From Macrostomum lignano (lineage: Eukaryota), in the NCBI GenBank assembly GCA_002269645.1, contig NIVC01001710.1:1-64000 (forward strand): a DNA stretch of 64,000 nucleotides, in the 5' to 3' direction. A program made the position numbers and the translations under genes. This document shows positions 25,933 to 38,959 of the stretch, in pieces. Every line of letters begins with the position of its first letter. The first letter of the stretch is position 1. The notes under the pieces are model-generated. The model had not been told where the DNA came from. It ran no database searches and worked only from the letters and a program-made list of their open reading frames with translations.

Positions 25933-28379
25933 GAGCAGAGAGAAACTAGAAGAGATAAGAGAGAAAAGATAAAAGAAGAGAAAGGAGAGATAAAAACGCA
26001 GACAAGAGAGAAGAGAGGTGAGGGAAGAGACGAGTGACGAGGGGAGAGAGAAGATATAAAACAAGAAAAGAGATGAGAGGAAAGAGGTGAGAGAAGAGGG
26101 GAGAGAGGAGAGAGAGAGGAAAGAGTAGAGATGAGAGATGAGAGAGTAGAGAAGAGAGTTAAGAGAAGAGAGAAAAGAATAGAGAGGAGAAGGAAGAGAC
26201 GAGAGAAGAGGGGGAGAGAGGAGAGAGAGGAGAAGAGAGAAAACGAAAAAGTAGAGAGGAGAGAGGAGAGGAGAGAGAAAAGAAAAGGGAAGAGATGAGA
26301 TAAGAGATATGAAAGAGAAGAGAGATGAGGGAAGATACGAAAGAAGATAGGAGAGAGGAGAGGAGAGAGAAAACGAAAGAGTAGAGAGGAGAGAGGAGAG
26401 GAGAGAGAAAACGAAAAGTAGAGAGGAGACAGGAGAGAGGAGAGAAGAGAGAAGAGAGAAGAGATAAGAGAGATGAAAGAGAAGAGAGATGAGGGAAGAT
26501 ATGAGAGAAGAGAGGAAAGACGAGGGACGAGAGAGAAGAGAGGAAACAGAAGAAACGATAGAAATTTTAAAGGATCCAAGGGACATAGGGAGAGTCAGGG
26601 AGAGGCCAGAGTTTGCCAATACATGTTTTAGAGTCAGACAGACATTGCCTGACATTCTGTGAAGTAACCCAGCCAACAATATCAATGTTTGCTTCAAATC
26701 CTAATTTTACACTAATGTGTTCATTTTATGTCTACCTCTATCCTACTAACTATTAACAAGTTTTTGTTTGTGTATGACCTTAGATTTCAGAATACATGCA
26801 AAAGTAGTTCCGGGGATTGGAATTCCCCGGGTTCAAAATCCGCGGGTTTCAACAGCTTGTACATATAAAAATCAAAACTCTGTCTGTCTGTCTGTCTGTG
26901 TGTCTGTGGACAATTTTGATCGCTATGGACTCCCAAACCACTCAACCAACTAACACCAAATTTTACACCCACCCTAAACTCACTACGGAGAATGTCTTAG
27001 GCTATCTTTAAATTTCCTAGACTCAAGTCTTCCTGCCTAAAAGTACAAAAAACTGCTCAAAATGCGCGATTTTTTCACTAAATCCTCCATAGCGCCGCTC
27101 CACTTCTACCGATTCTCTTCAAATTTGACACAGGCAATTTTCAACTATTTTGACACAATCGTGTAAAATTTCAAATCTCAAAGTTAATCCTGAAAGCCGC
27201 TGTGCACTTTTAAAGTTAGACTGTTTTTTTCAGCGAGGCAGCCACCCCAACCTCCGCCCGCCTGCTCTCTTTCCCGATCTGGGCAAAGGGTGTGAATCAG
27301 GTTTTAAAATGCCTAACTTTCGGTTGCCATAAGTTTGCTCCACGTGAAGCGATTGACTTCTAACTTAACACAATTCTTCTTTGATTCATTCTCTGTCTAA
27401 ATGTAAAGTTTCAACTCTCTAACTCAATCAGAACAGAAACTGTAAGCATGTGAAGTTTGTCTGCTTTTTCTGTTGTTTGTGCCACTCACTCACTCATTCC
27501 CCCAGAGCCAGACGAAGGGTCAGGCGATAGGGCTCAATGTACATAGCGAGTGTACAGTGTTTTGGAATAACTTTTTAATAGCCTTCTCTGTACCCCGCGA
27601 GTGGAGAGGAGAGAGTTTAGCGAGAGATTCAATTTTAAACCACTTTCCTTTCCTCTGAATAGACAAGTCTGCAGCAGTTAAACAAGGATGGCAAATCAAG
27701 GCGATGTGGGATGGTTTATAAAAATATCGAAAAATTAATGAATAACTTATTACAATGCAATCCTACTAAATAAGTTACACCATAAAAATTTTAACATTAA
27801 GATTCGCATAAGGTACTTTAAAATTTAAATGGCCTCCTAAGAAATGCGTATTTCCATGGTTGTTAGACTGCTGCAGACTGGTGGTGGAGCTGGAGATATA
27901 CAAATTTCTCTCAGGGCTGCTAATTGACCAGAAAGATGACGTGATTAAAGCATGGGAAATGATAACAACCATGATAGTACTACGTCCCACAAACTGGCTT
28001 TCGAAGCAGGGATCGGCAGATTTTTATCTCAAAGGCCAGATAAAGAATCCAGCTCATGGCTACGGGCCAGATGAGAGTGAAAAGGAATAGACTATTAGAA
28101 AGGGAGGAGGGGCGAGAGGGGACAAAAGAAAAGATAGAAGATAACAGGAGAGACATACGACGAGGTTGAGGAGAGAGCAGAGAATATGGGACAAAGAAGC
28201 GAGAGGAGGGGAGAGAGAAGGAAGAGGAAATAGTAGAGGTGAGAAGATGGAGAGAGAAGAGGGGAGAGATGAGACAGAGGATCGATCAGAGAGGAGAGTA
28301 GAGAAGAGTGAGATGAGAGAACAAAGAGGAGGAGAGTATCGAGAGGGGGATTAGAAAGGATAGAGGAGAGGAGATAAGA

Positions 28380-28454
<75 letters not shown>

Positions 28455-31400
28455 GAGAGAGAGAGAGAGTTGAGAAAGAAGAGAGGAGAAAGGAGAGATG
28501 ATAGAGTAAAGGGAAGAAGAGGAGAGAGGAAATAGATGAGATTGTGGAGATGAGAGAGATGAAAGGAAAGATGAGAGAGTAGAGATGAGAGATGAAGGAA
28601 GAGAGAGCAGAGTGCAGAGACAAGAGAAGAGAATAGAGGGGAGAGAGTATAGAAGAGGGAAGAGAAGAGGAGTAAGAAGAGAGGATTCAGTAGAGGGGAA
28701 AGAGAAGAGTACACAGGAGAGTGGAGAGTAAAGATGACAGAAGAGAGAGGGGGTAGAGAGCAAAGATGAGAGTGAACGCGATATATGAGAGAGAGGAGAG
28801 TGAAGAGAGAAGAGAGAAGACAAGAGAGGGAGAGAATAGAAGAGGGAAGAGAAGAGAAGGGAAAAAGGAGAAAGGAAAGAGAGGAGTCAAAAGAGGGGAA
28901 AGAGAAGAGTACAGATGAGAGAGGTGAGAAAACATACAAGTATAAGAGAGTAAAGATGGCAGATGAGAGAGGGGAGATGAGAGACCAGAGACGAGAGTGA
29001 ACAGACGAGAGATGGGAGAGTGGAGAGAAAAAAGGATAGAAATAAGAGATGAGAGGGGAGACAAGGGAGAGAGAAGTGAGTGAGGAGAGAGGAGGGGAGG
29101 GGAGAGAACCGAGAGGACAGGGGAAAGAGGAGAAAGGACGAGAGAGGAGAGGAAACAGGGGAGAGATTAGAGGAGAAAGAGAGATGGGACAGGAGAGAGC
29201 AGAGAGATGAGAGGAGAGAGAGGGAGAGAGAGAGGAGAGAGAGAGGGAAAGAGAGAGGAGAGAACATGCAGAAAGAATGAGAAGAGAGAAGAGAGAAAAG
29301 ATAAAAGAAGAGAAAGAAGAGATAGATAAGAGAGCAAAGACGAGAGAGAAGAGAGGTGAGGGAAGAGACGATAGAAGAGAGGAGAGAGGAGAGAGGAAAG
29401 AAGAGAAGAGATGAGAGGAGAAGGAGAGAGAGGAGAGAGTACAGAGTAGAGAGGAGGGAGGAGAGGAGGGATAAAAGAATAGAGGGGAGAGGGAATAGAC
29501 GAGAGAATAGGGGATAGAGGAGAGAGAGAAGAGACAGAGACGAGAGAGAGAGGAGAGGAAACAGAAGAGAAGATCGAAGTTTCTAAGGATCCAAGGGACA
29601 TAAGGAGAGGCAGAGGCCAGAGTTTGCCTGTTCGCAGCACCCCAGCCAACAATATAAATGTTTGCCTCAAATCCTAATTTTTCACGAATGTACTCTATTT
29701 TATGTTTAATTCTAACCTAACTATTAACAAGTTTTTGTTTGAGTTTGACCCCAGATTTTAGAGTACGACATACAAGTACATGCAAAAATAGTTCCAGGGA
29801 TTGAAATTCCCCGGGTTCAAAATCCGCGGGTTTCAACAGCTTGTAGTGTATATATACCTGAATTTTGGTATAAAGTTTTGAAAATTTTAATTATTTAAAT
29901 ATTTATTATTAAATACTATTTACTATTTATATAAGAAACTATATAGTATAAAGTCTTAAGTATATAGTTTAACAATTCTTTTGCAAGTATATTGTAAATG
30001 TGTAAAAGATAGCAGCTTTATAAAAAATGATTCTATTTTTTTAGTTTATATAAAGTTTTGCTCCTCTATAATAATTGGCCTAGTGAAGAACTCCTCCTCA
30101 GCTGGTAGCAAGGTCTATTGACAGAAAAGTTGGTGGGAAAGAGGCACAAGAGCTTTTGCAATACCAACAAAGAAGTTGTGCAATTCAGACCTATTAATCA
30201 AGTACCTAGGCTTATAAAGGTCTAATAAATAAGAAATGACTGCTTTTGCTTTGATATTTTTTTCAAGTGCATACCTGAATTCTATGAAATACACTGCTCT
30301 CATTTTAGATTACTGCTTTGGTTGAAGCCATAACTGTGTTCCTTGACTGGCTAACCTATGATGAAAACCTTAAATTCGAGATTCATGGAGCCTTTCGCAG
30401 CTTTTGGAAGCGACTGTTTTGGAAGGGCTTTGCCATCTGCGATGGCATTATGACTCTGTCACATGTTATTATCATTGCCCTGTGCATATTTACCATTGTT
30501 GCCATTCTGCGACCTAACAAATTTGTGAGCATTTTTACTTCATCCAAAGAACTTACCATTACTTGGTGCAAAAAGTTCGAAGACTTTTACTTAAAACAAA
30601 ATCTTTAACTAAGTGGCACACATTCAATTTCAGAAAATCTATGACCTACTACCGACTCTAAGAGTTCTGTACGTCACTATGATTTTATACATTCTAATTG
30701 AGCTGGGCATCAGCTGCTACGTTTTCTCCTGGTACGGCCTAGCTGGATGGGTGAGTTATGAATGTAAACTTGTTGAAAATATTGAGAATGCGATTTTTCA
30801 TGATAGGCAAAATTGATCATCTTCAAATTCAACGTGCATTTCAGCGCCTACCGTTCCTGGTGTGGAGGAACATGTTCTACCTGATTCGTTTCTTTTGTAA
30901 TGTAAGCTTTGTGCGCAATGTGCCCCGCTGGATACCCTTTGATTCCCTATTTTCCTACTGTCACTCGCTGAGTCATCCCCTACTGTCAATCACTGGTCAT
31001 CCCCTACTCACCTACTGTCACTCACTGGTCATCCCCTACTGTCAATCTCTGGTCATCCCCTACTCACCTACTGTCACTCACTGGTCATCCCCTACTCACC
31101 TACTGTCACTCACTGGTCATCCCCTACTGTCACTCACTGGTCATCCCCTACTGTCAATCACTGGTCATCCCCTACTCACCTACTGTCACTCACTGGTCAT
31201 CCCCTACTCACCTACTGTCACTCACTGGTCATCCCCTACTGTCACTCACTGGTCATCCCCTACTGTCAATCACTGGTCATCCCCTACTCACCTAATGTCA
31301 CTCACTGGTCATCCCCTACTCACCTACTGTCACTCACTGGTCATCCCCTACTGTCACTCACTGGTCATCCCCTACTGTCACTCACTGGTCATCCCCTACT

Positions 31401-31830
31401 GTCACTCGCTGGTCATCCCCTACTGTCACTCGCTGGTCATCCCCTACTGTCACTCACTGGTCATCCCCTACTGTCACTCACTGGTCATCCCCTACTGTCA
31501 CTCACTGGTCATCCCCTACTGTCACTCGCTGGTCATCCCCTACTGTCACTCACTGGTCATCCTCACACTTACGGATCATTTTACTGGCAATCTGCTGCCC
31601 AGTCGCTGCTATAGACCAATCCTGTTAAACCTCATCGCCAGGTGGGCTTCTGCATCGTATTCTATTCATACGCTTGCGAAATTTCGCAAGAGCTGGCCAA
31701 CCCGGAGGCCAAGGATCCGAACGAGGCTGGCGGCATAGCGCTGGGCTTTCAGTATCAGGGCGTACCGGTTAATGACCCCAATTATGGCCAGGTGTCCTAC
31801 GCTGGCTCCGAGTACTATGCTCAAGCCTGA
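17711..31830 (+). CDS. Uncharacterised multi-pass membrane protein (LAPTM-like N-terminus), 5 exons
   Basis: Exons 17711-17821, 30309-30524, 30634-30750, 30845-30901 and 31642-31830 are all GT-AG and phase 0, giving about 229 aa. The protein has CFCFDNRMGTFVG before TM1, about four hydrophobic segments and a Tyr-rich tail. Joining exon 1 to exon 2 across 12.5 kb is inferred. Confidence 0.7.
18177..18827. mobile_element. MITE-like element with about 21-bp TIRs
   Basis: ATGGTCGTTTCATCTGCCGCC (18177) is inverted against GGCGGCAGATGAAATGACCAT (to 18827), with internal TCTGCC/GGCAGA repeats. No TSD was identified. Confidence 0.6.
19758..23660 (+). mobile_element. Non-autonomous Helitron-like element, copy A
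   Basis: 5' A|TCTCTACATATAAAA followed by (TCTG)n; 3' GC-rich CCGCGGG then AACAGCTTG|T; no TSD; GA-rich core; interrupted by a hAT-type insertion. Confidence 0.7.
21037..21976. mobile_element. Composite non-autonomous hAT-type element with 8-bp TSD
   Basis: 11-bp TIR TAGGGATTCCA/TGGAATCCCTA; TSD GGTGAGAG at 21029-21036 and 21977-21984; ATCCCGGGAT subterminal arrays. The equivalent site in Helitron copy C (about 28110) is empty. Confidence 0.85.
23826..26859 (+). mobile_element. Non-autonomous Helitron-like element, copy B
   Basis: Same 5' TCTCTACATATAAAAATCAAAACTCTG start, shared 1.2 kb body, GA-rich core and 3' AACAGCTTG end. Confidence 0.7.
26860..29843 (+). mobile_element. Non-autonomous Helitron-like element, copy C (fused head-to-tail to B)
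   Basis: The junction reads CAGCTTG|TACATATAAAAATC; the copy ends AACAGCTTG|T at 29843. Confidence 0.7.
30950..31565. repeat. 24/33-bp minisatellite (CTACTGTCACTCACTGGTCATCCC)n in intron 4 of the membrane-protein gene
   Basis: Tandem units lie between the donor at 30902 and the acceptor at 31641. Confidence 0.95.
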
Positions 31831-33472
31831 ACTGTCTCTTATCGTTCTGTCTGTCCGGTTCAGTGATTTGTGATTCACGGATTTGCTGACTTCTAAGGTT
31901 TTGTGTTCTTACGTCTTCTATATTATGCTTATCTATGTTATGTGTACTGATTGGGCTGAGGGGGCAAATACAAGTTAAGAATCTAAGGTGCTTTAAAGGT
32001 TAGTTTAGCTAACGGACTATTCTGATGGATGCGTACTCTTTGAAATTGAGTCACTTCGTTTTTTACATTACCTGTAATAATAAAACGAATCCAGCCTTGT
32101 TTGACGCTTTTGTTTCTCTACAGCGCGTGCTACAACAAGAATTGCCTGTTTCCCTGCCTTGGTTTCTCTCACCTGTTTTATTTATGATTTTTTTACTATG
32201 AATTCGTCGCCACTACAGGTATTTATCGCACAGTTACAACCATATATATTTCACGTGCTATAATACCGTACTTTTTAACTATGTTTTAATCTAAATAGAA
32301 GCTTTTTCCTAGCAACAAAAAGCATTCCCCTAGTGTTTACAAGCAATAAAAGTGAAAAAAAACATTCCACTGTTAACATTGGAATCATTGTTTGATTCCA
32401 ATAAAATTTGTTTAAATGTTTTTTTTTTCAAACTTTGATTGTTATCGCTGGAATCAACTTATCCGCGAAGCTGTGAGCAATGTTTTTGTAAAGTTTTGAT
32501 TGCCTTTTATAGTCTGCTAATTACTCAACCGCTTTTTTGTTTGACTTGCTCGATCTGGTGCACATTTGTTTAGTAACATTGATTATTGAATATTCATTTA
32601 CTGTACTAAGTGCTGTACTAATCATAACTCATTGGTTTTAATTACGCTTTTTATAATTGCCATCATATATCTAATATCAGCTTGTGTAACCATTATGCCT
32701 TTCGTATGCATTCCGCTGATTGTGCATCGATAATAATAGTGTTGCTAAAATATAATTGCTAAAATATAAAATTGCTAAAATTGCTAAAACTCTACAACAC
32801 TCTAGACTGGCAAAAGGTCGCTTGCAAGTTGCAGTTAAAATGAACACGCTTTTAAACTTGTAATTGTCGTTGGCTTATAAATAATCACTAGGACGCACAA
32901 TCAGGTATACGCCTTTCTGCAGCGACCCAGTATCGAATTGCTTCAATGTTTTGAAATAGCATTTAAACTACGTTTGCTTCGCGGGATGTAAATCGATCCC
33001 TTAGTTTAATCCCAATATATTATTTACATCTGGATTTAGTCCTGCAAATTAGAATCTAATCATAACCAAGGCGAGATATTTAAAATAAAATAAAAATAGT
33101 ATTTGAAAAGACTATTCAGAAACAAAAGCAAATTCGCTGGCTTTATTCGTAAATCTAAGCCAGTTGGCTATTACAAATATCAATACCAATACAATACAAA
33201 TTTCATACAAAAAGTAATTTGTGCTTCCTTTTTAATAACGAATTAACTATTGACAGGCACAATCAATTGAAAATATTTACAACTGTTCAATGCGTGAGTA
33301 AAAAAAGTAATATTAATATAAAATAAATATGTTTGCATGTCTATTTTATTTGTTTCTAAAATACTGCTGCCTGTTGTTTTAATTCTTGACTTTTACATTA
33401 AACAAGCTGTGGCATCATTTCGAAATCGACACTTTTTGCGCTTTTTTTATCAGATAATTTTAAAGCGTGGCT

Positions 33473-33484
33473 GATGACGTGGCA
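33473..33484 (+). promoter_or_regulatory. CREB3/XBP1-type (UPRE) element GATGACGTGGCA upstream of GOT1
   Basis: The TGACGTGG core in extended GATGACGTGGCA context lies about 100 bp upstream of the GOT1 ATG. Confidence 0.45.
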
Positions 33485-33579
33485 CAAAATTTTATTGTGT
33501 TTAATTTAATTACGTTTAGTTTAATTATCATCTAAAGCCATCGTAGCATCATACAGGCATTTTTTTATAAATCAGTGGC

Positions 33580-36500
33580 ATGAATATGTTCACTACAGGA
33601 ATAACTGATTTGCAAAGTAAGTTTTTTTAAATCAGGTTTCGCAATTTCTTTATGAAACCTTGATTAATTTGTCTTATGGTGTGTTTTGTATTGTAGACTT
33701 TATCATTTTAGTAAGCTTTGTGAAAGCAGATTTACTTTTGCGTGTTTATAGCCTATTACTATTCTTGCTGGTGTCATTTTTTTCTTTTATAGGCCTAGCA
33801 TTGAAATTTTTGGAGAACTTTTAAGGAGTTAGAGATATGGCACATAAATTGATAGTAGAGTTCTAGAGTTGTCTAGAGTTCTACACTTAAGCCATGGCAG
33901 CCATGGCTAAAATTCTATTGTATTTTAATATTCTCTTCTATGTTGGCAACAAATATCATCTATTAGGCCTCTTTAAAATCAACTTAAAGTATATATTTCT
34001 TTATCACTAAGTTAAGTATTGTCACTGGATAAAAAATGTGTTTTTAATCTAATTTAAGGCTTAGTTTAGATCTAGTTTAGTCTATTTTATTTTAATCTAA
34101 AAAATAAATAGCTTTCTCTATAATTAAAAACTTTTTTGCATTTAATACAGGTTATTGTCTTTTTTATAATATTATTTGATCTGTTTATAATATAAAACAA
34201 TTTTATCTGTCTTAATCTTAATGTTAGGCCTATCTGTTTATAATATTATCTAATAGATCTTGATCTATTCTTTTTGTACCAAGATAGAAAACTTCTATTA
34301 AAAAAGTATTATCTTGATATTGTAAGGTTCCCTTTTTGATTCAAAACCTTTTTAAAAATCTAATTGTAGCTTATATAGCAAATATTAGAAATATTTTATT
34401 TTTGATATATATAATATATGCATATATACACCTATATCTATTCAATCTAGTTATTAATTATTAATGTAATGATTAAGAATAATTTACTCCAAAAATATTA
34501 TAATATATTTAAGATAAGCCTTATTTAGCATCACTTGTTTTCTTAGAAAGTATTGTAATTAAAACTAGGCTATTTTTGTTTTAATGAGTATAATATCAAT
34601 AATATTGTAAATATTATAAATATTATGAAATTTTGTTTGTTTAAAACCAAACTGTGAAAGGGATATAAATACACAAGCAGAACCAGAAGGAAACCAACTT
34701 GTCTGCCGCTTGTTTCAAGCTTGAAATTGTTCTAGTATCTCGAAATTGAAGCCTTATTCAATACTTACTGATTTAGTTGTTTTGGTAGAAGCATTAAGAA
34801 GCCCCAAAATTGGGAGAGTTCAAACTGTTCTCAGAAGAATGAGAAATCCAGATATAGAATCTGAGAAATTGCCTTTAGAAGATAGGAATCCTACCACAGG
34901 GTAGAGAAGTCCAGACTCAGAGTCTGAGAAACCCACTTCAGGGCAGAATACCCAGTAAGTAAGCTGTGACCCTCTGATCCCAAGAATGCCCAGGACTGAG
35001 AAAATATCTTTAGAAGGGTATAGAAATAGGATAGACAGTGCCTAAAGACCCCTCAGGCTAGAAACTACAATAGAAGTACATATGCTACCAATGGAAGTAC
35101 ATGTGCTACCAGTAAAAAGGCAAGTAATAACTAGTAAGATCAGTAAGAAGAATTAACCCCTGTTACAACCTTGGTAACATGATATTCAATAATAGTAAAT
35201 AGAAGAGTATCCCTGTGACAACTTTGGTGGCATTGTGGAATTATTTATAAGGACAGAAGCAAGCCCTACATTATATTGTAGCAAATAGTCTCTTTGTACT
35301 AAATATATAAATTATAATTAATCTATGAAAACTATCAAATAGCTTTTTTCCTACTAAGCATTTAAAAGTAACAGTTTTCTAACTATTTATTTTTCTATTG
35401 TGCAAATGTTACTATAATATTTGCATTGGTATAGGCTACTTATCAAATTTATTTTTCTTACTAAAGGTTTTTATTAATGTATACATATGCTATTTTACTT
35501 TATCTCCCTAAATCTCTTTAGACGAATATTTTCATTTTATTTTTAGACTAATATATTGAATAGCTAATATCCTTTTTTGGCATCCTTAATTTAGACCTAA
35601 GGAAAGCAAGTAAACAAAAAATGTTTTATTATAAACAAATTAGATAGGTTCTGTCAAGATTTAGAGTCTAATATTATCTGATTAAAATTTTAATCCTAAT
35701 ATAAACTTTTATAGTACTATGTTAAAGTTGCGTGTCTGAGAAAAAGTAGAATTAAGAAGGTAAGCACTATCATTTTTTATGCGACATGTTTTGCCTCGCA
35801 TCAGGCATTGTCAGGCTATTAAAATTAGTAACGATTTATTTGTTCATTTATATTTAACAATTAAGACTAAAAATGGTTCGATAAATAGGCCAATTTATAT
35901 TTTTTATAATATTAATCCAAAAATATTTAATAGCCAGGGTCAATGTTATGCAACTTTTCTATGTATTAATAGAATATTCAAATCAATTAAGTATAAAATA
36001 TACATAAAAATATTAACAAATCACTTTGTTTAAACATTTTAGAGATTGGGATTGGCCTATCCGGCTTTGGATCAGTGTTTGTCTTCTTGGGCATACTGCT
36101 ATTTTTTGACCGTGGGCTGCTTGCAATAGGCAATGTGAGCAAGCTTAAGTGCTTTATGCTTGCTTGAATTATTTCTGTGTTTTGTTGATGTAAATTACTC
36201 TTTAAACCAAACTACATATTTCAGGTTCTGTTCCTCTCTGGCATTTGTTTTGTAATTGGTCTGGAGCGCACATTTCACTTCTTCTTTAAGCTAGAAAAGC
36301 TGAAAGGCACAGCCTTCTTTTTTGGCGGCATTCTAATTGTATTGTTTGTTTCACCTATACTGGGCATGCTGCTGGAGTTCTACGGCTTCTTCGTGCTCTT
36401 CAGGTATTCATTTCCGCTGCCATCTAACCAGGCTTGCTGCCATTTTAGTGTCCTGATGATTTTAGTAGTGTCCCTGCCTGAAGCCCAGTTTAGTGTCCTT

Positions 36501-37581
36501 GGCACCTAGTCCAGTGTCCCTGATGTCCAGTCCAGTGTCCCTGACGCCCAGTCCAGTGTCCCTGATGTCCAGTCCAGTGTCCCTGACGCCAGTTCAGTGT
36601 CCCTGACGCCAGTTCAGTGTCCCTGACGCCCAGTCCAGCGTCCCTGACGCCAGTTCAGTGTCCCTGACGCCCAGTCCAGTGTCCCTGACGCCAGTTTAGT
36701 GTCCCTGACGCCCAGTCCAGTGTCCCTGACGCCCAGTCCAGTGTCCCTGACGCCCAGTCCAGCGTCCCTGACGCCAGTTCAGTGTCCTTGACGCCCATTC
36801 CAGTGTCCCTGACGCCAGTTTAGTGTCCCTGACGCCCAGTCCAGTGTCCCTGACGCCCAGTCCAGTGTCCCTGACGCCCAGTCCAGCGTCCCTGACGCCA
36901 GTTCAGTGTCCCTGACGCCCAGTCCAGTGTCCCTGACGCCAGTTTAGTGTCCCTGACGCCAGTCCAGTGTCCTTGACGCCAGTCCAGTGTCCCTGACGCC
37001 AGTTCAGTGTCCCTGACGCCCAGTCCAGTGTCCCTGACGCCAGTTTAGTGTCCCTGACGCCCAGTCCAGTGTCCCTGACGCCCAGTCCAGTGTCCCTGAC
37101 GCCCAGTCCAGTGTCTCTGACGCCAGTTCAGTGTCCTTGACCCCCATTCCAGTGTCCCTGACGCCAGTTCAGTGTCCTTGACGCCCAGTCCAGTGTCCTT
37201 GACGCCAGTCCAGTGTCCTTGACGCCAGTCCAGTGTCCCTGACGCCAGTTTAGTGTCCTTGACGCCCTTTCCAGTGTCCATGACGCCAGTCCAGTGTCAG
37301 TGACGCAAGTACAGCTGGCAGTTTTTCTTTTTTTCAGCGGCTTCTTTCCTGTCGTTCTCAACTTTATGTCGCGGGTGCCAGTTATTGGTCCGGTGAGTAA
37401 TTGCTTTTTTATTTAACCAAAGAAGAGTAATATCTTTATTATGAGCTAGAGAGCATCCTATGAGTTATTCTTTGATTCATTTTGGCTTGTCAGAAAAAAT
37501 AACGAAACTGAATTACCGATTGAATTTCCAATCTTTTTCCAGATGCTGGACAAGTGGCGGACCGCAAGAAACCCAGTATGA
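33580..37581 (+). CDS. GOLT1: Vesicle transport protein GOT1 (GOLT1A/B-like), 5 exons
   Basis: Exons 33580-33616, 36043-36134, 36225-36403, 37338-37392 and 37543-37581 splice to [22 protein letters not shown]...[16 protein letters not shown]...[10 protein letters not shown]...[31 protein letters not shown]. This is a complete Got1/Sft2-family protein; the start could also be the ATG at 33586. Confidence 0.93.
34653..35240 (+). mobile_element. Possible decayed LTR plus PBS in GOT1 intron 1
   Basis: A GC-richer block in AT-rich DNA that starts TGTGA and ends TGTGACA, followed by ACTTTGGTGGCA. No partner LTR is seen. Confidence 0.3.
36500..37310. repeat. 19/20-bp minisatellite (CCAGTGTCCCTGACGCC[C]AGT)n in GOT1 intron 3
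   Basis: About 40 tandem units. Confidence 0.95.
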
Positions 37582-38959
37582 GCTGCTTGGCCTGTTGCTT
37601 CCGTGTTTTGTTGCTTTGCTTTTGCTAGTTTTCTTTTGGCTGACATTATTTCAAATCGTTGTCTTGATTTCAATTTCTTTCGTCTAATATAAAAATTTTG
37701 CGTTTTTGAGGGACGATGTCGCGATATTTATGGGCTAGTCTTCTACTGTCATATGAAGCAGTGATTCGGTGAAGACCTGCAGCAGGTGCGGGTGGACAAC
37801 ATTTCTCCACATATATTATTAATTGAAGACTTTATTAACTATTCGGGATTGACAAGCGCTAGGATAACTGATATATGGCCCCTACTACTCTTCAAAGTGG
37901 AGCACTGCTAACGGCATCTGGCCTAGTGAATTGTCATTGGTAGTCAAAATGTGCGAAAAAGTTGGCGTGCTTCCGATTTAGACATCCAGAAGTACCTTGG
38001 GCGATGGAGATTTTGTGCATTGTATAAAGTCGATGGGCTAGTATACAGTTGTAGAATTAACCAAAGTAAGCTCTGGTGCCAACATAAACATAATAATAAT
38101 ATACTATAATAACTGATTTCTCTGCTAGTCCTATTCTGTAGTCTGTAGCAGTGTCTCTGCTACGCCAGTTTTTACCTGATTAATTGACTCGTCAACTGAT
38201 ACGTATAAATTGATCATAGTGTACAACAATGCGCGTAAGAAGTTACCTGTTTTTTTAGCGTAAATTGCTTTGTAAATCATTTGTCTGCCTTCCCTACTTA
38301 CAGTGTTAATTCTAGACAGAATTTGAAAATTTTCAGTGCTCTGCTTATGATGAAAAATATAATGACAAAATCTATATGCTGGACCGAAGTTTAATTTAAG
38401 ATTAAATGTTCTCGTATCGAACACTGGTATCACCGATTTTCAACATCAATTAACGCCTGAGACCGTCTTGCAAGGATTTCTGCAATTGTGTTTGCCACCA
38501 ACTTCTAAATTGCAGGATCTCGAGAAAGGCAATTCCTGGTAGCTTCTAGCTTATACAGCTATAGTTATAATATTTAAAATGACGCTGTTTATTAAGGTAA
38601 GCTGAGCTGACGTGTTCTCTAATCATTGCCAGTCGTGCGATTTCGGTGTTGGGCTTTTCCGTTCCCCCAGCTGTTTAACCTTTTATAACAAACTGCTTTG
38701 ACTCGTGCGGTATGCAGAGATTTTTTAAGTCAGACTTAAATTTCAAGAAATACTACTTTAAATAGGAAAAATCGTAATGTTTTCGTTTTCTAAACGGATG
38801 TTTCAACTTTAGTAGAATGCTTTGCAACAAGGCGAGAGCCGGGTTATGTTCTTGACAGCTAGACAAAAATACATTGGACCGATAAGATTAGTTGCATTTT
38901 TTCTGCTGCATAAGCTCGAAAGCAAAAAGAAAAATAATGCATATGTAGTGAATTAATGG

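Noticed and set aside
21772-29670. Long Leu/Ser-rich or Arg/Glu-rich ORFs
   Set aside because: These are translation artefacts of polypurine/polypyrimidine low-complexity tracts.
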